Assembly (NCBI GenBank): GCA_017882335.1
Contig: JADGPR010000004.1
Location: forward strand, 24,688-88,687
Origin: Bacteroidales bacterium
GTDB taxonomy: Bacteria > Bacteroidota > Bacteroidia > Bacteroidales > FEN-979
Length of the DNA stretch: 64,000 nt
Reading direction: 5' to 3'
Part shown: positions 35,646 through 44,018 of the stretch, one piece after another
Layout: each line of letters opens with the position of its first letter
Position numbering within the stretch: the stretch's first letter is position 1
Notes under the pieces: generated by a model
Databases searched by the model: none
What the model was told of the DNA's origin: nothing
What the model saw: the letters and a program-made list of their open reading frames with translations, nothing else
Program-made: the position numbers and the translations under genes

Positions 35646-36718
35646 AAAAAGCAGATATCCGTTCCCTTTCCCTTGCGGAAATTGAGAATTTCTTCCGCGA
35701 AAAAAATGAGAAACCTTTCCGTGCAAGGCAGGTATATGAATGGATCTGGAAAAAGACCTGTCTTTCCTTCGATGAAATGACCAACCTTTCCAGGGAGAAC
35801 CGTCAACTGCTTACCACACATTTTTGTTTTCCGGTTTTACAGGAAGAGAAAGAACTCCATGATCCTGACGGGACGGTGAAATTTACTTTCCGTCTTCCCG
35901 ATCATGAGTTGGTTGAAAGTGTCCTGATCCCTGCAGATAACCGCACCACCGCGTGCATTTCTTCACAAGCAGGTTGTGCCCTGGCCTGCCGGTTCTGTGC
36001 TACCGGGATGCTGGGATTCCGGAGAAACCTTACTTTCACCGAGATATTCGACCAGGTCGTGTTGCTCAACCGCCAGTCGGAGAAGTACCATGGCAAGCCC
36101 TTGTCAAATATCGTTTATATGGGCATGGGCGAACCGCTGATGAACTATGAGGAGGTGCTGAAGTCCATCGAAAAAATCACCTCGGAAGAATCGCTCGGGA
36201 TGTCGCCGCAACGAATCACAGTTTCAAGTGTCGGAATACCGGACATGATCCGGAAGATGGCGGACGACAAATGCCGGTTTCATTTTGCATTGTCGTTGCA
36301 TGCTGCAATCAATGCTAAAAGAGACCAGATCATCCCCATCAATAAAAAACATCCATTACTGGAACTGACAGCAGCGCTGAAATATTACCATGCAAAGACC
36401 GGCAAGCGTTTCACCATCGAGTACATCCTTTTCAAGGACTTTAACGACAGCCTTGAAGATGCTAAGAATCTGGCTGTCTTCTGTAAAAGTTTCCCGGTAA
36501 AGATCAACCTCATCGAATATAACCCTGTGGAGAAAAGCGGGTTTTTGCAGAGCACTCCAGAAAAAACCCGGGCATTCAGGGAATTCCTGGAGAATAAAAA
36601 CATGGTCATCAATGTCAGGAAAAGCCGGGGTACAAATATCGATGCTGCCTGTGGCCAGTTGGCCCTTAGCGATACTATAAACCGGCAGAATGAAAAAACG
36701 AATTTTCCGAAAAAATGA
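35639..36718 (+). CDS. rlmN: 23S rRNA/tRNA adenine-C2 methyltransferase RlmN (radical SAM)
   Basis: 359 aa with the N-terminal FRARQVYEWIW motif and the radical-SAM cluster motif CALACRFCATG. It overlaps the upstream stop by 7 nt. Confidence 0.93.
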   Translation: MVEKADIRSLSLAEIENFFREKNEKPFRARQVYEWIWKKTCLSFDEMTNLSRENRQLLTTHFCFPVLQEEKELHDPDGTVKFTFRLPDHELVESVLIPADNRTTACISSQAGCALACRFCATGMLGFRRNLTFTEIFDQVVLLNRQSEKYHGKPLSNIVYMGMGEPLMNYEEVLKSIEKITSEESLGMSPQRITVSSVGIPDMIRKMADDKCRFHFALSLHAAINAKRDQIIPINKKHPLLELTAALKYYHAKTGKRFTIEYILFKDFNDSLEDAKNLAVFCKSFPVKINLIEYNPVEKSGFLQSTPEKTRAFREFLENKNMVINVRKSRGTNIDAACGQLALSDTINRQNEKTNFPKK

Positions 36719-36724
36719 ATCATT

Positions 36725-38365
36725 ATGGAAAAACAAGATCTGGAATTTAGAGGAAATATTGTTGATGTGGTTGGCGAGAGGATCTTCAAAGGTATTGTCA
36801 CCGTGAGGGATTCGAAGATCGCAGCGATAAGGGAGGAGGATAACGAAGAAAACGTGTATATACTGCCTGGTCTCATCGATGCCCATATCCACATCGAAAG
36901 CTCCATGCTGGTTCCCTCCGAATTTGCAAGGTTGGCCGTCGTGCATGGAACCATTGGTACAGTATCCGATCCGCATGAGATCGCCAATGTTTTGGGGATG
37001 AGCGGAGTTAGGTTCATGATCGAAAACGGGAAAAAGGTACCCTTTAAATTTTATTTTGGAGCATCTTCCTGCATTCCGGCCACTGGCTTTGAGACAGCCG
37101 GCGGCAGTCTGGGTCTGGCGGAGCTTGATGAATTACTGAAATCGGATGATATCCTGTACCTTTCTGAGATGATGAATTTTCCGGGCGTCGTGAATGGAGA
37201 TGAACAGGTTGCACAAAAACTTGCATTGGCAAAAAAGTACGGCAAACCGGTGGATGGACATGCACCTGGCCTGAGGGGTGAACTTGCTGAAAAATATGTT
37301 CAGGCCGGTATCACTACTGATCATGAATGCTACACCATGGAGGAAGCCGTTGAAAAGATCCGGTATGGCATGAAGATTTTGATCAGGGAAGGAAGTGCTG
37401 CCAAAAATTTTGAAGCGCTGGCTGGCCTGATAGCAGAATATCCCGAAATGGTCATGCTTTGTTCCGACGACAAGCACCCCAATGACCTGGTTTCGGGTCA
37501 TATCAACCAGCTGGTGAAAAGAGCTTTCAGCCTGGGTTATGACAAAATGAAGGTGCTCCGGTGTGCCATATTCAACCCGGTAAAGCACTATCACCTGGAC
37601 GTAGGTTTGCTTCAGCAAGGAGATGCTGCCGATTTCATCCTTGTGGATGACCTAGAGAATTTTACCATCCTCGCAACCTATATCAATGGCCGGAAAGTGG
37701 CTGAGGCTGGAAAAACATTGATCCCCTCTGTTACCGTATCTCCGGTAAATCAGTTTCATGCAAAACCGGTAAAAAGTGAAGATATTATTGTAAGGCCCGG
37801 GGGGAACAAGATTAGGGTTATGAAAGCCATCGACGGACAACTGGTGACGGGGGAGCTAATCGTCAATGCCCGGGTCGAAAATAACGAAGTCAAAACGGAT
37901 CTTAATAACGACGTCCTGAAGATTGTAGTAATAAACCGGTATTTTCATGCGCCCCCGGCCATCGGGTTCGTCCAGGGCTTTGGCTTAAAATCGGGTGCAA
38001 TCGCATCCTGCGTTGCCCACGACAGCCATAATATTATAGCGGTTGGAACCGATGATGAATCCATCGTGGCAGCAATCAACGCCATCGTCAGTTCGCAGGG
38101 AGGAATTTCCGTAGCTTCCGGGGATGAACTACTCGTTTTACCATTACCAGTTGCCGGGATCATGTCGGATGAGGATGGATATAAAGTGGCAGAGCTTTAT
38201 CATATCCTGGATGAAAAGGTGAGAAAAAAGTTGAAAAGTTCTCTGAAAGCGCCTTTCATGACCTTATCATTTATGGCACTGCTGGTAATCCCCGACCTTA
38301 AGCTCAGCGATAAAGGATTGTTTGATGGGAAAAAGTTTTCATTTACTGAGCTTTTTGTAAAATAA
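36725..38365 (+). CDS. ade: Adenine deaminase
   Basis: 546 aa with the amidohydrolase metal motif LPGLIDAHIHIESSM. Length and C-terminal domain are typical of Ade. Confidence 0.9.
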   Translation: MEKQDLEFRGNIVDVVGERIFKGIVTVRDSKIAAIREEDNEENVYILPGLIDAHIHIESSMLVPSEFARLAVVHGTIGTVSDPHEIANVLGMSGVRFMIENGKKVPFKFYFGASSCIPATGFETAGGSLGLAELDELLKSDDILYLSEMMNFPGVVNGDEQVAQKLALAKKYGKPVDGHAPGLRGELAEKYVQAGITTDHECYTMEEAVEKIRYGMKILIREGSAAKNFEALAGLIAEYPEMVMLCSDDKHPNDLVSGHINQLVKRAFSLGYDKMKVLRCAIFNPVKHYHLDVGLLQQGDAADFILVDDLENFTILATYINGRKVAEAGKTLIPSVTVSPVNQFHAKPVKSEDIIVRPGGNKIRVMKAIDGQLVTGELIVNARVENNEVKTDLNNDVLKIVVINRYFHAPPAIGFVQGFGLKSGAIASCVAHDSHNIIAVGTDDESIVAAINAIVSSQGGISVASGDELLVLPLPVAGIMSDEDGYKVAELYHILDEKVRKKLKSSLKAPFMTLSFMALLVIPDLKLSDKGLFDGKKFSFTELFVK

Positions 38366-38406
38366 TTTAATATATCTACATATTTATTTTTATCTGATCT
38401 TTTTAT

Positions 38407-38414
38407 TATATTTG
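38407..38414 (+). promoter_or_regulatory. Candidate -7 box (TATATTTG) for the ArsR-family gene
   Basis: Perfect TAnnTTTG, 53 nt upstream of the ATG. The inverted repeat lies 13 nt downstream of the box. Confidence 0.4.
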
Positions 38415-38427
38415 CATCTTACTTTAA

Positions 38428-38445
38428 TTGTTAAATAATTAACAA
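38428..38445. promoter_or_regulatory. Inverted repeat TTGTTAA-ATAA-TTAACAA, candidate ArsR-family autoregulatory operator
   Basis: Perfect 7-bp arms with a 4-bp spacer, placed between the candidate -7 box and the arsR-like start codon. Confidence 0.4.
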
Positions 38446-38467
38446 CCGCAACTAACTCACATCCCCA

Positions 38468-38767
38468 ATGAAAAAAGTAACATTAGACGTCGAGAAACTC
38501 GAACTGGCTGCCAGTAAATTAAGAGCAATTGCTCATCCCATGAGAATTGCCATCATTGATTTGCTTACTGTAAATCCTAAAATGACTGTTACCGAGATTT
38601 ATGAATATCTGAATCTTGAACAGGCTTCTGCTTCTCATCATCTGAACATTTTGAAGAACAAAGGATTGCTTGACTCAAAAAGAGACGGGAAGATGATCTA
38701 CTATTCCCTGAAATTTGAACATCTAACAGAAGTGATTGACTGTATCAATCGCTGCAGCGTTAATTAA
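38468..38767 (+). CDS. ArsR/SmtB-family winged-helix transcriptional regulator
   Basis: 99 aa with LRAIAHPMRIAIIDLL...MTVTEIYEYLNLEQASASHHLNILKNKGLL (HTH). An inverted repeat lies upstream. Confidence 0.85.
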   Translation: MKKVTLDVEKLELAASKLRAIAHPMRIAIIDLLTVNPKMTVTEIYEYLNLEQASASHHLNILKNKGLLDSKRDGKMIYYSLKFEHLTEVIDCINRCSVN

Positions 38768-38778
38768 AAGCAATCACT

Positions 38779-40521
38779 TTAGAGTTCCCAGGATTCGTCA
38801 ATATCCCAGTTGGCGCGGACTTCGATTATTTTTTGGTAATACTGAACTTTTTCAGGCTGGAGTTTCCTGGAAAAGTTTCCTGTATCCCATCGGCCATTCC
38901 GGTTGCGGTCGAAAATGGCTTTGATTTTGTATTTTCCAGGGAAGAGATACTCAAATTTTACTTTTCCGGATGCGGAAATTATTTTCTGTTCCAAAACGAT
39001 TTCTTTTTCATCCAGGAGTTGTATAAGATAATCGGAAGGAGCTTTGATGCTGAGCGTCATCTGGATTGATCCAAAATCCCTAAGGGAATGGGTTCGGAAA
39101 GAAACAACCAGAGAATCATTCGAACGGCCGTTGATAGACCGGAAGATCGAATCGGGGATGATCAGTCTGTAAGGGCGATCTTCTTTCCATTTGTAAGAAA
39201 TCCGAAGTTTCCTTTTGAGTGAATCTGCAAAAGCCAGTTTTGGTCTTATGGTATCTTTGCCGTCCACCAGCAGGATCCTGGAAAGATCCTGTCCAGATAA
39301 TGGATAGGAAAAAATGATCATGGGATCTCTTTTGAACTGATTAAGCCGGGCATCAGGCATATTAATGGTTAGTTGCAACTTCATTACTGGTGCAGCGCCT
39401 TTATCTCCTTTTCTTTTTTTCGGATTCTTCTTTTTAAGGTTGATCCTGGCGGTATCAAGGGTTTTATCCTTATCGACCAAACGAAGCATAAGAGAATCTT
39501 TCTCAGTGTTTTTTAACCACAAATAAACAGAATCCCTGGTGAAATTGAATTCCGGCATCATCCAACCTGAGACTGCAGGGAGATTCAAAGGGATAAATTC
39601 CGGCTTCACTACAGGAAACCGGTAAAAGATCCCGACCTGGCTTTCATTGACCATATCGGCTTTAAGGATTTTTTGAAAGGAATCAGATTCTTCAAACAGC
39701 AGTAAAGTATGGGCCGGTGTTAGTTGCTTTTTGATCCCGCCAGTATCTTTTTTCGGGATGAGTGAGTCACTCTTTGCGATGGAATCTTTTTTCAGGATTT
39801 CGGGTGTAGGAGGCATGACATAGATCCCTTTTACAAGACTGTCGCAGAAAGCGACTTTTTCATTTGGCAGGTTAAAAATGTTGTCACCGTTCATGTCCTT
39901 CAAGGCGAACAATAGTAACGGTACATCTCTCAGGTTCCTGAAAGTGAATTCGCCGGTCTCATTGGTTTTCGCCATGTAATAAGGCTTTACATGAAGCGGG
40001 AGAGAATCGAGGGGAAGGGTGTCATTTTCGTTAATATAAAGCATAGCAACCACATCTTTCTGCGGAACCTGGTCGAATGCATTGATGATCCTTCCCGACA
40101 AGCTTAGCGAGTCGATGTAGGAACCGGTTGAAAACGTATAGGCGAAATCATGCAGAACATTGTTTTCCGTCAGGTCTGAAATGGCATCCCCGAATCTGAT
40201 GGAATAGGTCGTATTGGATTTCAGAGTGTCGGCCAGCTTGATGAGGATGGATTTTCCACGCAGCCGTATATCGGTATGAGGTAGTTTTGGAGGGGCAATA
40301 TTGATCTGGTTGTTCTGGTCCTTCAGTTGAATGTATTCATTGAACGTGATACGGATATCTTTTTTATGAAAATGGGTGGTTAATAAAGGCGGGTCACATT
40401 CGGCCACTTTGGGCGGTGTAATATCTTTTGGGCCTCCTTCAGGAGTAACCGGATTGGCACAACGGCATAGGAAGATCAGGAAAAAAAAAGCGTAAAGAAA
40501 AGAACATTTCGATCGGATCAC
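38779..40521 (-). CDS. Hypothetical lipoprotein with N-terminal Ig-like (SbsA/Big-type) domain
   Basis: 580 aa with a signal/lipobox region (FFFLIFLCRCANP). This is followed by EGGPKDITPPKV, typical of Bacteroidota Ig-like-domain lipoproteins, and a C-terminal beta-sandwich-like segment (PGKYKIKAIFDRNRNGRWDTGNF). Confidence 0.6.
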   Translation of the reverse strand: MIRSKCSFLYAFFFLIFLCRCANPVTPEGGPKDITPPKVAECDPPLLTTHFHKKDIRITFNEYIQLKDQNNQINIAPPKLPHTDIRLRGKSILIKLADTLKSNTTYSIRFGDAISDLTENNVLHDFAYTFSTGSYIDSLSLSGRIINAFDQVPQKDVVAMLYINENDTLPLDSLPLHVKPYYMAKTNETGEFTFRNLRDVPLLLFALKDMNGDNIFNLPNEKVAFCDSLVKGIYVMPPTPEILKKDSIAKSDSLIPKKDTGGIKKQLTPAHTLLLFEESDSFQKILKADMVNESQVGIFYRFPVVKPEFIPLNLPAVSGWMMPEFNFTRDSVYLWLKNTEKDSLMLRLVDKDKTLDTARINLKKKNPKKRKGDKGAAPVMKLQLTINMPDARLNQFKRDPMIIFSYPLSGQDLSRILLVDGKDTIRPKLAFADSLKRKLRISYKWKEDRPYRLIIPDSIFRSINGRSNDSLVVSFRTHSLRDFGSIQMTLSIKAPSDYLIQLLDEKEIVLEQKIISASGKVKFEYLFPGKYKIKAIFDRNRNGRWDTGNFSRKLQPEKVQYYQKIIEVRANWDIDESWEL

Positions 40522-40555
40522 CTTGACAGGATTTGGTTTTAGGGAATGCCCGCAC

Positions 40556-40563
40556 CAAATTTA
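40556..40563 (-). promoter_or_regulatory. Candidate -7 box (TAAATTTG) for the Ig-like lipoprotein gene
   Basis: Perfect TAnnTTTG on the minus strand, 34 nt upstream of the ATG at 40521. Confidence 0.4.
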
Positions 40564-40661
40564 CCAAGGGTTTTTGTATAAATAAGCCAATTTTTATTAT
40601 TTTTACACAGAAAATTCACAATTATCCGGAGAATGTAGCGTAACAACCAATCTGAACTTTT

Positions 40662-41402
40662 ATGTCAGGGCACAATAAATGGTCAACCATTAAACGAAAA
40701 AAAGGTGCTTTGGATGCAAAGCGTTCCAAGGTTTTTTCCAAAATCATTAAGGACATCACCATTTCCGTGAAGGAAAATGGTCCCGACCCGGAACACAACC
40801 CGCGCCTGCGGCTTGCCATCGCCAATGCAAAAGGGGCAAGTATGCCGAAGGAGACGATCCAGCGTGCCATCAATAAAGGAGCTGACAAAGACGCCGCTGC
40901 CCTCATGGAGACTACCTATGAAGGAAAAGGCCCTCACGGGATTGCCATTTTCGTGGATGCCACTACAGATAATATCCAGCGAACCGTCAGCAATGTAAGG
41001 GCATATTTTAACAAACACGGCGGTGAACTTGGTAAAAATGGTTCACTGAACTATCTTTTTGACCGTAAGGGGATCTTTGTAATCCCCAAAGGAGAATTAA
41101 ACCCGGAAGAATTCGAAATGGAAGTTATTGATGCCGGAGCCGAGGATATTGTTCTGGAAGACGATATGTTTACCATCGCGACGGCGATGGAGGATTTCGG
41201 GAACATGATGAAGAAACTGGAGCAATTGAACATTGAGCCTGAAAGTGCTTCTTTACAACGCATCCCTAAAACCACGGAAACACTGGATACCGATTCGGCA
41301 AGAAAAGTATTAAAACTGATCGATATCATTGAAGAAGATGAAGATGTTCAGAATGTTTACCACAACCTCACATTAACGGATGAGCTGATGGAAGAGCTGT
41401 AA
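40662..41402 (+). CDS. yebC: YebC/PmpR-family DNA-binding transcriptional regulator
   Basis: 246 aa beginning MSGHNKWSTIKRKKGALDAKR, the family signature. Confidence 0.93.
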   Translation: MSGHNKWSTIKRKKGALDAKRSKVFSKIIKDITISVKENGPDPEHNPRLRLAIANAKGASMPKETIQRAINKGADKDAAALMETTYEGKGPHGIAIFVDATTDNIQRTVSNVRAYFNKHGGELGKNGSLNYLFDRKGIFVIPKGELNPEEFEMEVIDAGAEDIVLEDDMFTIATAMEDFGNMMKKLEQLNIEPESASLQRIPKTTETLDTDSARKVLKLIDIIEEDEDVQNVYHNLTLTDELMEEL

Positions 41403-41419
41403 TTGGTGTTGAGGGAAAT

Positions 41420-41459
41420 AAAAAAAGGCTGAATCGTGATGGGTCAGCCTTTTACTTTT
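41420..41459. terminator. Bidirectional intrinsic terminator between convergent yebC and the response-regulator gene
   Basis: AGGCTGA(41426-41432), an 11-nt loop and TCAGCCT(41444-41450), flanked by an A7 run upstream and TTTACTTTT downstream. Confidence 0.65.
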
Positions 41460-41469
41460 GGAAACTTCG

Positions 41470-42441
41470 TTAGACCAGGCAAATAAACTGAACCAGATTC
41501 ACATTCTTTGGAAGGGCCAGTTTCTTCCGGAGGCGGATACGGGAAATTTCCGTGCTTGGCGCCGTGATCTTAAGGATCTGTGAAATTTCCTTGGTGCTGA
41601 GATTCATGCGCAGCAGAGCACACAGCTTATGATCGTTGGGTGTAAGTTGCGGGAACTTTTCACGCAAACGGTCGAAGAACCCGGGATGGATTTTCTCAAA
41701 GTGAGCTTTGATCCGGTACCAGTCGTTCTCGAATTTTACATTCTCATCGATTGTTTTCAGGATTTTAACAAAATCACTTTTTAAAATGGCTTTTCCTTTT
41801 CTGAGGTAGCGGTTCACGTCTTTCCGGATCAACCCGATGATTTTATTCTTCTGGGAAATAAAAATGGAAGAAGTGGCAAGTTCGCGGTTGATGAGATCCA
41901 TTTCTATTTGTTGTTTCTGCTTGTGCAGCTGGTTAACTTTGTGTTCTGCCTTGATTTTTTCCTGCAAGCGCATCTCAGTCTCTTTTTCCGCTCTTTTTCG
42001 TTGTTCCACTTCTTTCTGAAGGTCTGCGATCGCTTTTGCTTGCGAAAGTTCAAGGGTACGCTGGTAGTTGGAAAGTTCAATGGTCATCTTTAACTGTTCG
42101 ATGTCAACCGGCTTAAAAACATAAGCGTAGGGTTTGATCGCAAAGGATTTGTTGAATGTTTCCGTTTTATCCATGGATGTAAGAAAAATGATCCCGCAAT
42201 GGTGTTTTTCCGTGAGGATTTTTGCTGCCTCAATTCCATCCATTTCCCCTGCGAGTTTGATATCCATAAGGATGATATCCGGTGGCCTGCTATCAGCTGC
42301 CAGTGCATTGATCGATTCGATTGCCTTTTCCCCTTTTCCATCCATTCCCAGCACATCATAACCGAACTCGGTAAGGCGGTTTTTTAAATCATTGGCGATG
42401 ATGATCTCATCCTCGACAATGTACAATTTGATTTTTCCCAT
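41470..42441 (-). CDS. Response regulator: receiver domain, long coiled coil, C-terminal LuxR/GerE-like HTH
   Basis: 323 aa with REC features (LYIVEDE, phospho-acceptor context DIILMDIKL, FLTS). A K/E/Q-rich heptad region spans about residues 125-185. The C-terminal HTH reads LTPNDHKLCALLRMNLSTKEISQILKITAPSTEISRIRLRKKL. Confidence 0.8.
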   Translation of the reverse strand: MGKIKLYIVEDEIIIANDLKNRLTEFGYDVLGMDGKGEKAIESINALAADSRPPDIILMDIKLAGEMDGIEAAKILTEKHHCGIIFLTSMDKTETFNKSFAIKPYAYVFKPVDIEQLKMTIELSNYQRTLELSQAKAIADLQKEVEQRKRAEKETEMRLQEKIKAEHKVNQLHKQKQQIEMDLINRELATSSIFISQKNKIIGLIRKDVNRYLRKGKAILKSDFVKILKTIDENVKFENDWYRIKAHFEKIHPGFFDRLREKFPQLTPNDHKLCALLRMNLSTKEISQILKITAPSTEISRIRLRKKLALPKNVNLVQFICLV

Positions 42442-42492
42442 TTTTTTCTTTTTAAGTTATGGAATTCAATGAACCTTTTTTAGGGAGAATAT

Positions 42493-43710
42493 TTAAAATT
42501 TAAGATCAGAATCTGTGACAATATTATAGGTGTCGATGGCGATAACCAGTTCCTCGTTAGTGGGCATTACCATAGCGAGTATTTTTGATCCCGGACGGGT
42601 AACGATTAATTCTTTGCCCTTCAGCAATGAATTACGTTCATTATCATAATCAATACCCATGAATTCAAGCCCTTCCAGGATTTTACGGCGTGTTTCGATA
42701 TCATTTTCCCCGATACCACCGGTGAATATGATAAGATCGACACCTCCCATCGCGGCAGCATAGGCCCCGATGTATTTTTTGACCCGGTAGGCAAACATGT
42801 CAAGTGCAAGGCGGCAACGAACATTTCCTTTTTCAGCGGCTGTCTCAACATCACGCATATCATAGGATATCCCTGAGATCCCCAACACCCCGCTCTTTTT
42901 ATTGAAGAGGTTATTCGTATCTTTCATGCTCAGGTTATCCTTTTCTGCAAGATAAAGCAGTACTCCAAGGTCAACATCCCCGCTGCGGGTGCCCATCATC
43001 AGTCCTTCCACCGGAGTAAATCCCATGGAAGTGTCGATCGATTGCCCTTTCTTGATAGCGGCCACAGAAGATCCGTTCCCAAGATGACAGGTTATGATAT
43101 TGATATTATAAAAATCCCTGCCAAGGTAACGGCATGCTTTCTGGCTGACGAATTTATGAGAAGTGCCGTGAAAGCCATACCTTCTTACTTTATACTTTTC
43201 ATAGAGTTCATAAGGAACCGGATAAAGATAAGAGTAGGGAGGCATGGTTTGATGGAACGAAGTATCAAATACGGCGACCTGCGGAACATGGGGCAGGATG
43301 GCTTCAATGGATAAAATTCCTTTGAGGTTGGCGGGATTATGCAGCGGCGCCATCTCAATGCATTTTTCTATGTCCTTTTTAACGTTAGCCGTGATCTTTA
43401 CACTGGTCTTGAAATTTTCTCCTCCGTGAGCAACCCGGTGCCCCACCGCAGCAATTTCGCTTTCATCCTGGATGACGCCAATCTCGGGATCCTTAAGCGT
43501 TCTGAGGATGAGGTTGATGCCAACCTGGTGGTCAGGTACGAACTGGGTGGTTTGATACTTGTCTTTTCCCGGAACCTGGTGCGTAAGCAAACTGCTCTCC
43601 AGCCCAATCCTGTCCAGTAATCCTTTGGCAAGCAGTTCATATTCTTTGCTCATGTCAATGAGCTGATACTTGATAGAAGAACTTCCGCAATTCAATACTA
43701 GGATTTTCAT
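42493..43710 (-). CDS. ackA: Acetate kinase
   Basis: 405 aa with MKILVLNCGSSSIKYQL, HRVAHGG and GFHGTSH motifs. Confidence 0.96.
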   Translation of the reverse strand: MKILVLNCGSSSIKYQLIDMSKEYELLAKGLLDRIGLESSLLTHQVPGKDKYQTTQFVPDHQVGINLILRTLKDPEIGVIQDESEIAAVGHRVAHGGENFKTSVKITANVKKDIEKCIEMAPLHNPANLKGILSIEAILPHVPQVAVFDTSFHQTMPPYSYLYPVPYELYEKYKVRRYGFHGTSHKFVSQKACRYLGRDFYNINIITCHLGNGSSVAAIKKGQSIDTSMGFTPVEGLMMGTRSGDVDLGVLLYLAEKDNLSMKDTNNLFNKKSGVLGISGISYDMRDVETAAEKGNVRCRLALDMFAYRVKKYIGAYAAAMGGVDLIIFTGGIGENDIETRRKILEGLEFMGIDYDNERNSLLKGKELIVTRPGSKILAMVMPTNEELVIAIDTYNIVTDSDLKF

Positions 43711-43789
43711 AGCTTCAATGCTATCAGTTAGTTATTATGTCGAGTGAATGATTTAGTTCTGTGGCCATGAACGCAATTGTTAGGGCGTA

Positions 43790-43797
43790 CAAATGTA
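43790..43797 (-). promoter_or_regulatory. Candidate -7 box (TACATTTG) for ackA
   Basis: Perfect TAnnTTTG on the minus strand, 79 nt upstream of the ackA ATG. Confidence 0.3.
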
Positions 43798-43988
43798 GAA
43801 AAAAAGAGTGTTGATTCCAAATTTCGGGATAAAAAATTATTTATAATCAATTTAGAAGGATAAGAAGGTCGACCACAGCGGTAGGATTTATTGTTCCGGC
43901 TTAATATCATCCTGTTAGGGCATAAAACGAATTTTATTTGGAATCAATTAAAATATAAGGCAGATGATTCATGAACCATCATATATCG

Positions 43989-43996
43989 TATTTTTG
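43989..43996 (+). promoter_or_regulatory. Candidate -7 box (TATTTTTG) for the GH3-family gene
   Basis: Perfect TAnnTTTG, 22 nt upstream of the ATG at 44019. Confidence 0.5.
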
Positions 43997-44018
43997 ATTT
44001 CCGATCAATTATTTCCTC

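Noticed and set aside
40534-40549. Sigma-54-like TGGTTTTAGGGAATGC in the spacer upstream of yebC.
   Set aside because: The GG-to-GC spacing is one nt longer than the consensus, and both half-sites deviate (TGGTT for TGGCA, ATGC for TTGC). This is not distinguishable from chance.
43711-44018. The largest intergenic region (308 bp, ackA/GH3 divergent), with small ORFs at 43728-43910 and 43944-44126. I examined it for a tRNA, riboswitch or small RNA.
   Set aside because: I could see no cloverleaf, no conserved riboswitch core and no strong extended helices. The small ORFs are basic, low-complexity and lack any start context. Two ordinary divergent promoters explain the spacer.
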